A DNA stretch of 64,000 nucleotides from Botryllus schlosseri (taxonomy: Eukaryota): positions 39,062,001 through 39,126,000 of the forward strand of contig CM119372.1 in assembly GCA_051294905.1 (NCBI GenBank), read 5' to 3'. Both the position numbers and the translations under genes were made by a program. This document shows positions 1 to 12,280 of this stretch, one piece after another. Under the pieces are notes generated by a model, which saw only the letters and a program-made list of their open reading frames with translations, did no database searches and had not been told where the DNA came from. How positions within the stretch are numbered: position 1 is the first letter of the stretch; each line of letters begins with the position of its first letter.

Positions 1-99
1 CCCATGAAGATAGGTATATACTTTCCTATACATATACACTTGAACAGTGATGTAATGATAGGCCTATATATTTAGAGTGATGAAATGTTGATTTTCGGC

Positions 100-2368
100 T
101 CTTTATCAGAATAATTTTAATTCAATTTCTCCAAAAATATTCTCGACCTCGAATGCCGACATAATTTTCAGCAGCACCGTAAATACTGATTTAATATGGC
201 ATGAAAAAACATAGATTGTACAAGTTCACAGACTAATCCAAATTAAATATATCTTAAAGGTGGACATGGAGCAAATCAAGAAGATTTTCAAGGAAAAATA
301 CAAGCACAGCTTGGAAAGTTACATCGTGGGAGACACGAGCTTTTCTTACCGACATCTGCTCCTAAAATTAGTGTCCTCGTCGAAGACTCTTTTTGAATCT
401 GTAAACCAAGTCAAACACGACGGTGCTATTTTGTCGTCGACCGAAATCGCGGAGACGTACAGTTTCTAGATCGGGAAATTAACTCTATAATTGTGCGATG
501 ATTTTGATGGAGAACTTTTTAAAAAAGAATTTATATGTTACGACTGTATTTTATTGTCATTCAATACTCAATCTATTTGCACTGAAGCGATTTTTTGCGC
601 GATGGGAAATTGTCCGATAGATGTCGGTGCAGATCTCCAGATTGTACCATACGTCTGTCAATGTATCGTACGTTGAAAATGACAATGGGTAACTTTGTAA
701 GAAACCATTCAAAATCAAAAGTAATTGCGGTATTGCACTACGTACCTACATTAACGATAGCCTGACGTGGTCAGCAATATCGAAATACGTGTACCGGGAT
801 TGTAATGACTCGAGTAATCACTCGACTCGAGTCACGATTTTATGCTGACTCGACTTGACTCGAGACATTTTCTCAAAAGACGGAAATGACTGGACTCGAG
901 TCAATTTGTGCATTGACTCGACTTGAACTCTACTCAACATATGACTCGAGACTGAGACGGCCACACTATTGGGTTTTCGTCTATTGGTAGTGGCACTTGA
1001 AAATGCAACCAGAAACTGCCAAGATTGAGGAACAGTAGTATGTTATATATGCGAACTATTCGAAATCAACCAAACAGAGTTATAAAAAGTGGCTGTTTCA
1101 AAACTTAAACTGGAAACTATACAGTTAACACAATGACTTAGACTCGAATTCGGCCCTCTGCTCGTTGACTTGGACTTGGACGTGACTCGGTGAAGAAAAA
1201 AAATGACTCGACTTGACTCTGAGTCAAGGCTATGAAAGTGAGATTGACTTGTTATCTCGGAGCCTTGAGACTTGCTTACAGCCCTGACGTCTACTTTTTT
1301 GGAGTATTCAAGTTGGTATGGTGTACGTGCACAACTGGCTCAAGTGGGTATGTTTGTGGACGAGTTCCACTTCTACTAATACAGTCCATTCAGCAGAACT
1401 ACGTATTCTTGTCACTTTGGCACTTGCAAATCAGAATGCAGTTTATGGATATTGAATTGCTCTAACAGCTGCACAAAATCAGCTTTTATATTTTCGAAAA
1501 TTGCATCTATTATATCCTAGTTATGAAAATACAGCCTGCAATTCAGAAGTAGACACCTCTTATATACTGTGATCTCTAGACCGATACATTTCTTCTTCAA
1601 CTTGAACAGTATTCTTGACATATCTTGGACATCATTATTTCTACTCGTATTTGAGTAAAAAGTTTTGAGATTACTTCTGTTGGGTAAGAACGGTGTCTGC
1701 TTTTACCATATCTGTTACCCCACGTAATCCTTTCTTAAATCGCAATGATGCCGAAATTTCCGAATATATCTCTTCAAAGTCCCAAAGCTTATGTCAGATC
1801 ATTTACCATGTGTTGATGGACTAATCAACGTTCTGAATCATTTTCGATTTCAAAATCTTCATCAATAGGTCTGCCATCACTAAGATTTTCATCCTGATCC
1901 AAATTATCGAGCTTTCAGGAGTTTCAAGATACACTGGATAAGATGAATGGAGCATTGGGCCTATAGCTGATAGTAGGTTAGATGTAAAGTTTATTTTACT
2001 TGTCATATCCTGCAGTTAGCATCAAATATGAGTCCGAATTATCCTTGAATGAATGCATCCTTGAACCAAACTGGGTGGAGGCATCGGCCTACATCGATAT
2101 AGCAGTATCTTTATTGTTAAGAATTCAATTGGCCCCTTGGCTATATAACTTATTATATGATAAAGGTGTGGGTATCTCTATGGCATGAAAAATTATTATT
2201 GCCAAGTTCGTAGAAATTTGCATATTTTGGGCATGTGTCGTGGAGCAAACACGTGATAAAAGAAAACCAGCGGCATTTTTGGTATCAGCAATCAGCATAC
2301 CAAAATTAGCCTAAATCAAGTGCAAAATTAAAGTCAACAAATTTTTCATTCAAAATTATTGCCCAGTG
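100..2368 (-). pseudogene. Heavily decayed Chapaev3-like (CMC superfamily) DNA transposon, 5' end plus transposase remnants
   Basis: Minus-strand terminus CACTGGGCAATAATTTT at 2368 next to TAA. Stop-ridden minus-strand peptides 'HMVNDLT*ALGL' (~1778-1812) and 'PPLRYI*FGLVCELVQSM' (~210-263) resemble the Chapaev3 motifs ELNDLVRDLGLSK and PPLHIKLGLMKxFVKAM as recalled. The left boundary is approximate. Confidence 0.55.
795..1286. mobile_element. hAT-type MITE with GACTCGA-rich subterminal arrays
   Basis: Ends cgggattgtaa...ttacagccctg; TSD acgtgtac/acgtctac (7/8). Confidence 0.75.
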
Positions 2369-2423
2369 TAATAAATAATTTCAGCCTGGTGTAAATGGAC
2401 CAACGCAGTTGAAGCACCATGGC

Positions 2424-2759
2424 CAGTCGGTCTCAACTTTTTTGACCTCGTGGCAGCATACCCTTTGAAAGGGAAAAATATTTCGCAGTAATGCAGCACA
2501 TCCAGTACCCGAAGTGCAAGATCTGGAAAGCTGATGAAAAAAAACGAAGAAAAGTCATCACATTACGTCATACCACATTATGTCACCAATATTTCGTTAG
2601 TCATCACCTAATATCGTGGTCTCGTTGTCACACCAGCTTCACAAATGCTACTCAGAATTTGGTTGTCTCTAATTATTTTTTATGACCACGGCATCCCTTT
2701 TACCTCATATCCGGAACACCACAGAATAGCTCAACCGACACACCGGTTGAGAACTACTG
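2424..2759. mobile_element. hAT-type MITE
   Basis: TIRs cagtcggtctcaac...gttgagaactactg; TSD not resolved. Confidence 0.55.
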
Positions 2760-4084
2760 GTACACAGTAGTAGTGTAGCACAGAGTAGAGACATTGGCCT
2801 ATTTTCGCATAGTTTCACGAACAAATTTCAGGTTATAGAGTTGCCCACGTATCCATATCTTTATTGGTATCATTTTGAAAACAAAATTATAACAAATGTT
2901 TTAGCAAGAAATACTTCCAATAAATTATCCTGCAAGACCACTTATGTCAAGCATATGTTCATTGTTCATATGCCACATTATAACCTTCAGACAGCGGTGT
3001 TATGGTTTCAGTCTTGTCGCCAATCCCCATTAGGAACCAAGTCGTCAAAATTAACACCCAATTTCGGAGCGGCAAAATGTACACACTAAGTTCACAGGCT
3101 TCTGAAAAATAGACCAAAAAGTAGTTCACCACATAAGCGAAAACCCCAACTGCTTAACAGTTATAGCCGGTTTTATGGATTATAAGACAATCACAAAAAT
3201 ATAGTTGAAATATCTGTTGTCTGCTGTATCAGTTTTGGCCTCCACAGAAACCGGAATCGCGATTTACTACGGATGAACCAAATTCAAACGTCAGCGTTTA
3301 CAGTTACATCACTTGTATTACTCAAAACCCAGCAGGGCTAGCGCCAGATTGCGACAGAGAGAAAGGCAATATAGAAATATGCCAGCTTGCATCGTCGTAA
3401 GAGCCACTGTTTTAAAACGGTACGTAACTGTCTTCCACCGGCCAATCATCGTATTTTTGCCAATTACATTGTACGCGAATAAAGGTGTTACTAGAATAGA
3501 ACCAGGCCTTGATGATCGAGCATTCAAGTGAAACACAAGGTCATGGATTGTCCGGTAACACTTTGAAATAATTTAGCTTGTACGGCCCGCGAACGATGTG
3601 AACATTTGAATCAGGCCCGCGACATGAGTTGAGTTTGACGCCCCTGATCTAAAGGGTCAGTACGATCGGTTACAGCTATAAACATGTGACTGATTTCCTG
3701 CCAAATCTCCATCATCGCTGTTAGTTGAAAAAGCTTGGTCCAGAGAGGCAAAGATTTTTCATTCTGTGAGGGCTTGCTGTTAAATTGTATGAATTCTGCA
3801 TGGCTTATTTTTCAAACAACTGGTCCCAGTTCTTGATGCTTCATTTGAATTCCACGTAGCTCCAGCTTAATCCAGTTCCATTTCTTTTCAAAATGCACGG
3901 TACAGTAACTCTGTGTCCTGACTCAGGCCTCAAAGCCCTGGTTACAGCGGACTTCCACATGGGGAGACCTCGATACTGAACTTTGTCATGCTGTCGAAGA
4001 TTTTGGTCCGACTTCGTTGCCAACAGTCAGAGAGGCGTATTTCTTGGGCATTTACTTTTTTTGTCTGACGCGTATCCTCAGAAG

Positions 4085-4439
4085 TCAAGTTCCCACCAGC
4101 TCCTTGGCAGCGAAGTCCCGTAATCGAGTCAGCTTTGCTCTGAGGTACGACCAATCGCATCTATCCTCTGGGTAGTATTTGACAGGGCATCGGATAATCT
4201 CCGTTATTTCTTGATCTCTCGGCCAGAACGCGGTAACGACGCTGCGCAGTCTGCTGAACAGCCAAGGTGCTAGCACGCACGCGTATGTGCTGGAATCAAT
4301 ACCCCGGCAGAGGTTGTCTTTTCCGCATAGCCCAGGTGGTTCGGAACAGCGATCCATGTATTGGTACTGCCAGTCTTTCTTGGACCATGACATGCCGGGG
4401 CAGTCGCGGGAGTACTTACAGAACGTTCCGGATAATAAT
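4085..4439 (-). pseudogene. Exon of a PKDCC/POMK-like divergent (secretory-type) kinase gene, Cys-rich C-lobe region
   Basis: Acceptor ttactaatgtctcAG ends at 4440; the exon reads (R)LLSGTFCKYSRDC...CGKDNLCRGIDSSTYACVLAPWLF. Its phase matches the exon ending at 8153, and its Cys spacing resembles PKDCC 'PCxxSTDC...CSxxGxCEGMNEK' as recalled. Confidence 0.5.
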
Positions 4440-4822
4440 CTGAGACATTAGTAAAGACTTCATTCTTTGAAGACATTCAAAGTTCAGTATAAGCCTATTT
4501 CTAAACGTTACGAAGAAATTAGGAAACGATATTTCAATTAAATAACAATTTTAACCGGAACTGGTAATCGGCACTATTGTAAAACACATTGTGGATTGCA
4601 TATACTCGTTTATCTATAGATATATGAAGCCAAGGTTAATATACCTATCACCATACCTCCTTATGTGAAAACGGATAGCCATTGCGCAAATTTAAGAATA
4701 ATATTAATACCAAATCTATGAGAAAAACAAAGAAGGTAAGCACCAGATCAGGATATAGCTTACTGCAGTATTAGTATTTTATTAAATTCAAATTCTTGCG
4801 GTATGTGGGGTAGACTCTACTC

Positions 4823-6357
4823 CAGCGGTTCTTAACCTTTTAAGACATGCACCCCGCTCGGCGACTGTCAAAGAAATTGCGCCCCTGACCCCCCTACACT
4901 TATCGTCATGTAAAAAAGAGCACACCATCTAATACAGAGATAGGCAACCTTTCTGCTAATTACGACCGCATTTCGATTACTTATGTAGCCTGAGGCAGCA
5001 TTCAAGGGCATAGCCTTAATGAAACAACTGGACGCAAAATACCTATGTTAATATGTCCATATATCCATTCCCGGTGAACTCCGGACTATAACACTTTTCA
5101 CAACTGCCTATTGTACGCACCGAAATCGCGGGTGGCCATGTTAAGAATAGTTGCTGGGACTGCATATTGTCGCATTTTTCAGATTCACGGATAAATTCCG
5201 TAATTAATAGTAGCAGTATCCCATATTACTATAAAATATTTACATTTCTCCGCCCATGTCATCAGATTCACCGGTAGGGTTCAGGGAGGAAGTGCTTTCG
5301 AAAATTTAGGGCAAGTTATAAATGATAATTCATCTTTGGGTGGGCCAATTGTTATAAGTAACTTTGTTGCATGCTGTTATCGGTAGCAGAAATAGTGGAA
5401 TAATATTTAAATCGCCCAAATGTACCATCAACAAATTTCTTTCGCGAGGAGCACAAAATGCCGATTCTGGCTTAGATTGAGAAGGGTGCTACTATATTAA
5501 AATCGAAAAATGAAGTTATGTTGAATTGCGCGGAACGCGAAGAAAATTTCAAGTTTCATTAAAATCTCTTAAAAAATTTGGGAGTGAATTCGTAATTTTC
5601 ATTTGCATGTCGACGGCCGCCAACACATACTAATTGAATTAGGTGTCGATGGCCGCACAAATTGCCTTCTACGGCCGCAGGTTGGCCATCCCTGATCTAA
5701 TAGTATACATATGGTATGTCTTACGCAAAGTTTAAATCTCATTCCAGTTGTTCAGTCTTCAACATTTCTGACAAATTTCCCCAAACTTGTTTGAAAATAG
5801 CACAAAGACATTGAACAGGACATCAATTTATTTCACGGTAGGTTGCACTGATACTATAATCCTAATGCTGGTAATGACCACAGAGAGCACGACGTCGTTC
5901 TGTACTGTCATGCTAAATTTGATCAGTTTTGGAATTGAATTAAATTGTGTTGATTTAGGGTAACCTTATTGAGAGTGAAACCGGGCAACCAATATTGCTT
6001 CTAAGTCTGTCTTAGGCAGTGCAGTTCGCCAGGTATTATTAACAGCTACCAAGCGCACCGCGCGTCAGGCTACTGCCACAGCTACGAATTAATGAATGAC
6101 TTACACGTGGGAATTGCTCTAAATCTTCAAAGAATATCAGAAATTAGGTCATATGAAGTTGCAGTCAGCCTATCCTCCATTGAGCGCGATTGCTGGAGTT
6201 TGAATTTGGCGAGCTTTCTTGAATACGAAATTAGTTTCATCTTCAACAATCGTCTTCTCAGAATGGTTGTGAAAGACATGTTTAGTCAGAGCTCAAACAG
6301 GCTTTGTCAATTTCTCGCGCCCCGCTGAGAGCCCCCCGCGCCCCCAGGTTGAGAACC
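4823..6357. mobile_element. hAT-type MITE (inverted copy of the 13797-15164 family) carrying a nested MITE at 4935-5694
   Basis: Reverse-complement similarity along its length to 13797-15164. The nested element cagagataggcaacc...ggccatccctg has a perfect TSD atctaata. Confidence 0.8.
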
Positions 6358-6601
6358 AATTCGATTTTACACTTTTACAGCTAACTTTTCGTGAGTTGAC
6401 TAAAAAAAGGTCATTTCTCTGGCTTGACTCCAATATAGCCGTTCTGATGGGCCACTGCCCCCTTCGCTATTTTCGCCCCCTATCGCCCCTTCGTCCATTG
6501 GCTGCCCCTATCGCCCCATCGCTATTCCCGTCCCGCTAGACCGCCAAATCGCCGACTGGGAGGCGATATCGTTCACGTTCGGTACCACTGCATTTGACGT
6601 A

Positions 6602-7562
6602 GGGGAGATGTGGTACCGACGGATCAAAAATTACAAAATGATCTCTGGCCCTTAAATCTTCAGCCGAGAATAGCATATCTTTTGCTGGCCTAACGCTTCG
6701 ATACAAGCTCTACCTATCGCGGACATTTACATGAATATCCGCCTTTTCAAAAAATATTTATAAACGTTTAAAATTTGTTGCTCGAACGTGTCATCGGTCC
6801 CCACCCGGTGGGTTCAAAGGCACACGACCCTGGGACCTATGAGACATACGCTCAAAAACTCAAATTTGTTAACTTGTTTTGTTGTGTACTATAAGCTAAG
6901 CTACAGCAAGCCAATGAAGAATGTTTCGTCGCGACCTTCAAGAATAAAATACATTATATCAACTCAAATGTTGGCATAAAATCATGTTTTGATTTACGTC
7001 TAAATTTACAAAATTAATGCCACATACATATTATCCGCAAATCGATATTTGACTTTCAAATACCTCGTAATAGCGATAAAACACCGCAGGTAACTATGAT
7101 TTACAGCCTATATATATGTAGGCGAGTTTCTGTTGTTAAGTGATTAGTTGGTCCATATATTTTGCTTGATTTGGCTATGGTACGATAGGTCCCCCACCCC
7201 ATAAATATTGTAATTGACTTGAAAATAGTCCACTCGAGGATGGTATTGATTCAAAAAATATGTGCCCTTATATACCCTGATACAAGTCCTATACCTCACA
7301 TCAAAAATTATGGCGGGTTTGTTAGTCTGAACGGTGATATAGAAAAATGCAAATGTCGATCCAAATTTACTTTACACCCCCTAAAACGTAAATCATTCGT
7401 CACAGACCCCATAACTCATCCAGGTCGAATTTATTTGCACGTGAGGAAAGATTCTGTCAGCATGTACCTGTAGACAAAATCACGGAGTGTAATCATGGAA
7501 TTATCGTGGAGAATTTTTCAAGTATTTTCGGTCCCAGTGATCCATCGGTACCACATCTCCCC
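6602..7562. mobile_element. Non-autonomous TIR element with TA duplication (superfamily unassigned)
   Basis: 25-bp TIRs GGGGAGATGTGGTACCGA(C/T)GGATCA, flanked by TA on both sides. Confidence 0.75.
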
Positions 7563-8152
7563 TATACGTACAGATGCTAGTAATCAGGGTAACCGTATTT
7601 TTTAAATCTGAATGGAGGACTCTTTTTAAAAATTTAGAGACCTACGATACCAGAGTCAAATTTAAAAATATTAGTAAATTTATTCCGAGTTTGTAGTTGG
7701 TTGACTAAAATTAAAGAACATAAAAATAAGGTCATCTTTCCGACTCAACTCCTGAATTACCCACTGGTTGACTAAAAAAGGGTGGTTTTTCTGGCTCAAC
7801 CTCCGAAAGACCTGCCGAAGCGTTTCGTGATTACTGACTTCCTATACCGCTGTCCAATTTTTACATGCATTTAACCGAAATCTTCAACAAAGAGGACAAA
7901 TACCATAAAAAGAGGACATATGGGAACCCTATCATAATAAACCTGGGAAAAGGAAATGGTTCCTGCTTTCCTACAGAACAATAACACGGTAGGTCAGTTA
8001 TAAGCGCTTGGACGAGGCTACTTTTATATTTGGACATAGCACCGTTGATCGACATCATTATACCAAGGAATGATTGTTGCATAGCTCCGCAATCTTGGAA
8101 TTTTTTCACTCCGAATCTTTTCTAGCGGGATTAACAAATGTCAGTTACTTAC

Positions 8153-8374
8153 CTTCCGGATGAGTGTCCGCCTTTATCGTATGTTACGAACGCCAAATCG
8201 CTTAGATCCGATATAAAGATGTCCAGGTTTGAGCAAATGAAGATTTTGGTTGGATCAAAGTTTTGAAGGACCACGCTTTGGTGGAATAAAATATCATAAA
8301 CGTCTTATTGAAGCCTCATATTACACCAGGGATGGCAAAATATCAATGGTCAGTTTGCAACTAAGACAACAAAC
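8153..8374 (-). pseudogene. Exon of the divergent kinase gene (catalytic-loop and DFG-equivalent region), containing in-frame stops
   Basis: Acceptor ctcAG at 8375 and donor GTAAG at 8152. It reads HPWCNMRLQ*DVYDILFHQSVVLQNFDPTKIFICSNLDIFISDLSDLAFV, similar to PKDCC 'PWEDRFR...[27 protein letters not shown]' as recalled. TAA at 8305-8307. Confidence 0.5.
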
Positions 8375-9828
8375 CTGAGTAAAAGTCTTTATGACGCTGC
8401 GGAAACAGGATATGATATGGGAGTTGGAAGGGATATGATACGTGAAATTACATTCTAAAACAGTTTTTTTTTTTCAGTCGAATTGTGTCTTACAGGGAGT
8501 AGCGGGTAACAAACAGATTCAGTAATTGTTTCGCAAAATATTTTGGACATTATTCTGAAACAAGAAACCCGTTGTCTATGGTTGACATACTGTTGAAAAA
8601 ATCGGAATGCTGTTGTTGATACAATTTAGATTCCATAGCATCGTCTGCCGGAAATTCATGTCGTATAATTCTAACGTCTGTGCAGATTTCAGAAGGAAAT
8701 CATTCAGACGCAATTCTGACTCACCCGAATTAAAAGGATGCATATTATCGGCAAGGTACTAATACAGAATTTCTGGGCGGCGAACGGTAAGAGGCTTACT
8801 TAAAATGCAGTATCATCGTGGCTACACTTATGATAACCATGGCAATATGTCTGTGCCGTCGTATAGCCCACTGTGAAGTTTCAACGTTTACTAATATCAA
8901 AGTTTTCAGAAAGCTCACCTATTCCTGGAGAATTGATCGAATACGTTCGCTACGTTGGTCATCACAGAAAGGGCCGCCTCTGAGCGGCTTGATATGCTTC
9001 GCAGATGTGTCGTAACAGTTTTCAGCCTTCTGCAGTCCTGCGAAGTGGCGTCGGTGCAGAGTGGTAGTTGTTTTTTGCATTTAGAGGTTGCATACCTGCA
9101 TTTATAACGACATATTGTTCATCTCACTGGTTCGATAACGCACATTATATACTATATCACTGTGGGCAGTAAGCAGTGTTGTCAGTCATGAATTAGTTCT
9201 ACTTATTTGGAGTATTGAGAAAGGTTTTACCATTACTTACACAAGCGGATTTGCAATTGAATAGTAAATTCATATTGAAATGAGCCCGAATATTTTCGGC
9301 TGACACTCGCCAGGGGTAATCATCAGCAACTGGTAGAGAATTCAAAAGAACATCGTATATCAACAATCGTAACACAACGTGGATATGTATTAAGATTTCT
9401 CCCTGATCTGATTGAACAGGGCTTCGGCAAAAATACTTCATCCCTTTGGATTTTTGCATAGAGAATGTAGCTTAGTTTACATCCGCTGTATGAAGAAAAT
9501 TGTGTGAGAACCTTGTTAAATGTATAATGATAATTGAATATAAGTCCCAAGTCGGACATTAGTCATTTTGCATCAGTCGCGAAGATACATGATACAATTT
9601 CGAAACTGTTCATGTTCTAGTTTAACCTATAAAAGTATGCGACCCCTAGGCAGAATCTACTTTTTGAAAACTTGGTGTTCTACTTTCACATTAAGTAATT
9701 TTGACTCGTACTTGAAATTGCTATTCCTACTTGTAATTGATTATACGTGTACGTCGTTACTAATACTTCTGTATCTCAACACCAAGGCTGACTACTTTGA
9801 TCACCTCTCGTATGTCGATAAAACTTAC

Positions 9829-10472
9829 CACAATGTTATGCTACTATTCGTCTTTGATTTCCTTTGTGTCACATAATCTTCCACGTCGTCTTGATTCTCG
9901 TAATCTCCAACTTCAAACGGCACTGTCACGCAGAGGCCATGAAGTCGCGGCACACCGTGCCAATCCCACATTCTTACAAGATACAGAATTTCCTGCAGAC
10001 GCTTGCGTAAAATGGTCAGCCCGAAATGGTTATTTCCAAGCGTGTTATTGGCGGAATTCGAATCACGCGAGACATTGACTTTGAATAACTTGACTTCAAC
10101 AGGAATACGTGCGTTGCCTGAAATATTTGAAAGCGTACATTCGCCGCTCTCCTGCTGCATATGCACACCATGGAGAGTCTGTATTCGCGACCTGCCAGAA
10201 CACAGACCAGTCTCTCTGCATCCTACGAAGATCCGGCTGGATTTTCTGATTTGCGGCGATTTCAGTAAATGTTGCAGCGCACGTAAGTTCCTCCTAATTT
10301 CCATCAGCGGTTGTGAATAGCCGACAAATGTTTGTTCTCTTGAGTTTTTGTTTTCTTGCGGACCGTTAGTAGTATTGCGACAGAGGCCTAAAATATATGT
10401 CACGTCTGAGTTGATATACATGCTGCTTATCACCGAAATTTCATTGAAAAATGCTTTTATTATCCAGCACAT
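9829..10472 (-). pseudogene. Exon encoding a kinase N-lobe-like segment of the same divergent kinase gene (5' boundary uncertain)
   Basis: 215-aa open frame containing VEVKLFKV...RLQEILYLVRMWDWHGVPRLHGLCV (beta3 Lys, alphaC Glu, HPxxPxLxGxC-like), ending at a GTAAG donor at 9828. Confidence 0.55.
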
Positions 10473-11824
10473 TTCTTACAAATGTTGACATTTTTATAGT
10501 AGGTAGGCTATTACTTCGATCAAACAACCCCGCAAGACATCAAATGTTAATCATGGATAGGCCACATTTAAACCACCCGACAGTGGTATTAGAGTTTATC
10601 TCTACGTCATTATATAGGAACAAAATCGGCGATATTAGCATCCAATTCCAACACTGGATTTCGAGTTTCATGCTAAAAATTACCGAGAAGTCGTTACTCA
10701 CAGAAGCGAAAACGCGAGCACATAACTATTATATTCATGTCACATGAAAAATATACTAATAGTTACACAAAAATGTACTTCAAATATCCGTGATCGCAGT
10801 GTTGTGTCCCTTCTGACTCAGAAGTTCCCAGTCTCAAGAGCTATCACGATTTCATGATAGCCAAATGAACCAAATCCCGAAGTCCGCGTTTACGGTTAAT
10901 ATCTCTTGTGGCCTATTCGTCACAACGCACGCGTAAAACGCAAGGCTAACGGCTACGAATAAAACAGAGAGATGACTGAGGTATGCCTACTTATATCGCC
11001 GTTAGAGCCACTGTTTTGATTGTTAATAACTGAATTCAACCGGATTTGCCAGTATCGTTGTTTGCGACTAACGGTGTTGCTAGAATAAACCCCTATGATC
11101 TGTACTATATTGAAAGTATTGAAGTGAAATACACGTCCAAGGATATCGAGCTAACACGGTGAAATCATTTGACTGGTGCGGTCCGCGAGCGACATGAAGG
11201 TTTGAATCCAGCAGGGCACGAAAGTTGAGTTTGACAACCCCGGCGTACATACAACAAGCATGTTTTTTGTGTATATCTACCGTGAAAGGAACGAATTCAT
11301 CGCAGTAAAAGCAATACGCATGTCATCCACTCCACTTTTATTTATATACAGCGGGTAATAATTTATGTAATACAGTAACCCTTTTACAAACATACACGGA
11401 TAATTATCAATGGAGATATTCACCATATAGATGCAGCAATGCGTAATTTGCAGAACACCACAAAAACATCAACGTCGTTATCCTTGATAGCTTTGCGAAT
11501 TGACTGATCATAGCGGCGTGATTGTCTCTTTACTAACTCGTGGCTTGGTCTCATTGCATTTTCTAACGCTTGGCCAACCCAACGCTAGCAGTCCTGTAAA
11601 TAGCTTATGTCTACCTTCGTAATTAATAGGTACGACGAAGAATGGTGTAGTTTGTGAGCGGCATCTACAATTTCTACGATGAACGCGCAATGAAACCGCC
11701 GAAGGCAATCGTGGATACATAGACTATACGTGTCGACCTTCAATAAGTGACAATGAAATGTCAATTACGTCAGCAGATAATCTAAATCCGGCCTCACGGT
11801 GGCTGGCCTTTGTTCGAACCAGTC

Positions 11825-12207
11825 CAGTGGTTCTCAACCTTTTTGTCTTCGCGGACCCCATTTGAAAGGTCACGGACCTCCGCGGCCTCCTTCTAAGTCC
11901 TTTTATTGATAAGCGGCAAAAAATGACTTTTCTTGAAAATAACATAATATACAATTTATATAGAAATTGAGAAATCTTTAATTATATAGAAGCGACTCCT
12001 GTAGCTGCATTTCTTGTGATATACGGTCTTGTCTTGAAATCCGTGCGGTCGATTTGATATGAACAAGTGCCGAGAATGCGTTCTCAAAATGATAGGTGGG
12101 AACGAATGCATAATAATAACAAGTAATGCTTCCGAAGACACCGTTGGGTATAATTGCAACATATACGGGCTCCTAGTGGTCCGTGGACTCCCGGTTGAGA
12201 TCAACTG
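11825..12207. mobile_element. hAT-type MITE
   Basis: cagtggttctcaacc...ggttgagatcaactg; TSD aaccagtc/atctagtc (6/8). Confidence 0.65.
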
Positions 12208-12280
12208 ATCTAGTCTATTGGGCTAAATCTGGAGACTTTGTAGACTTCGGTATTTTAGACTGAAAATTTACTGAGTATTA

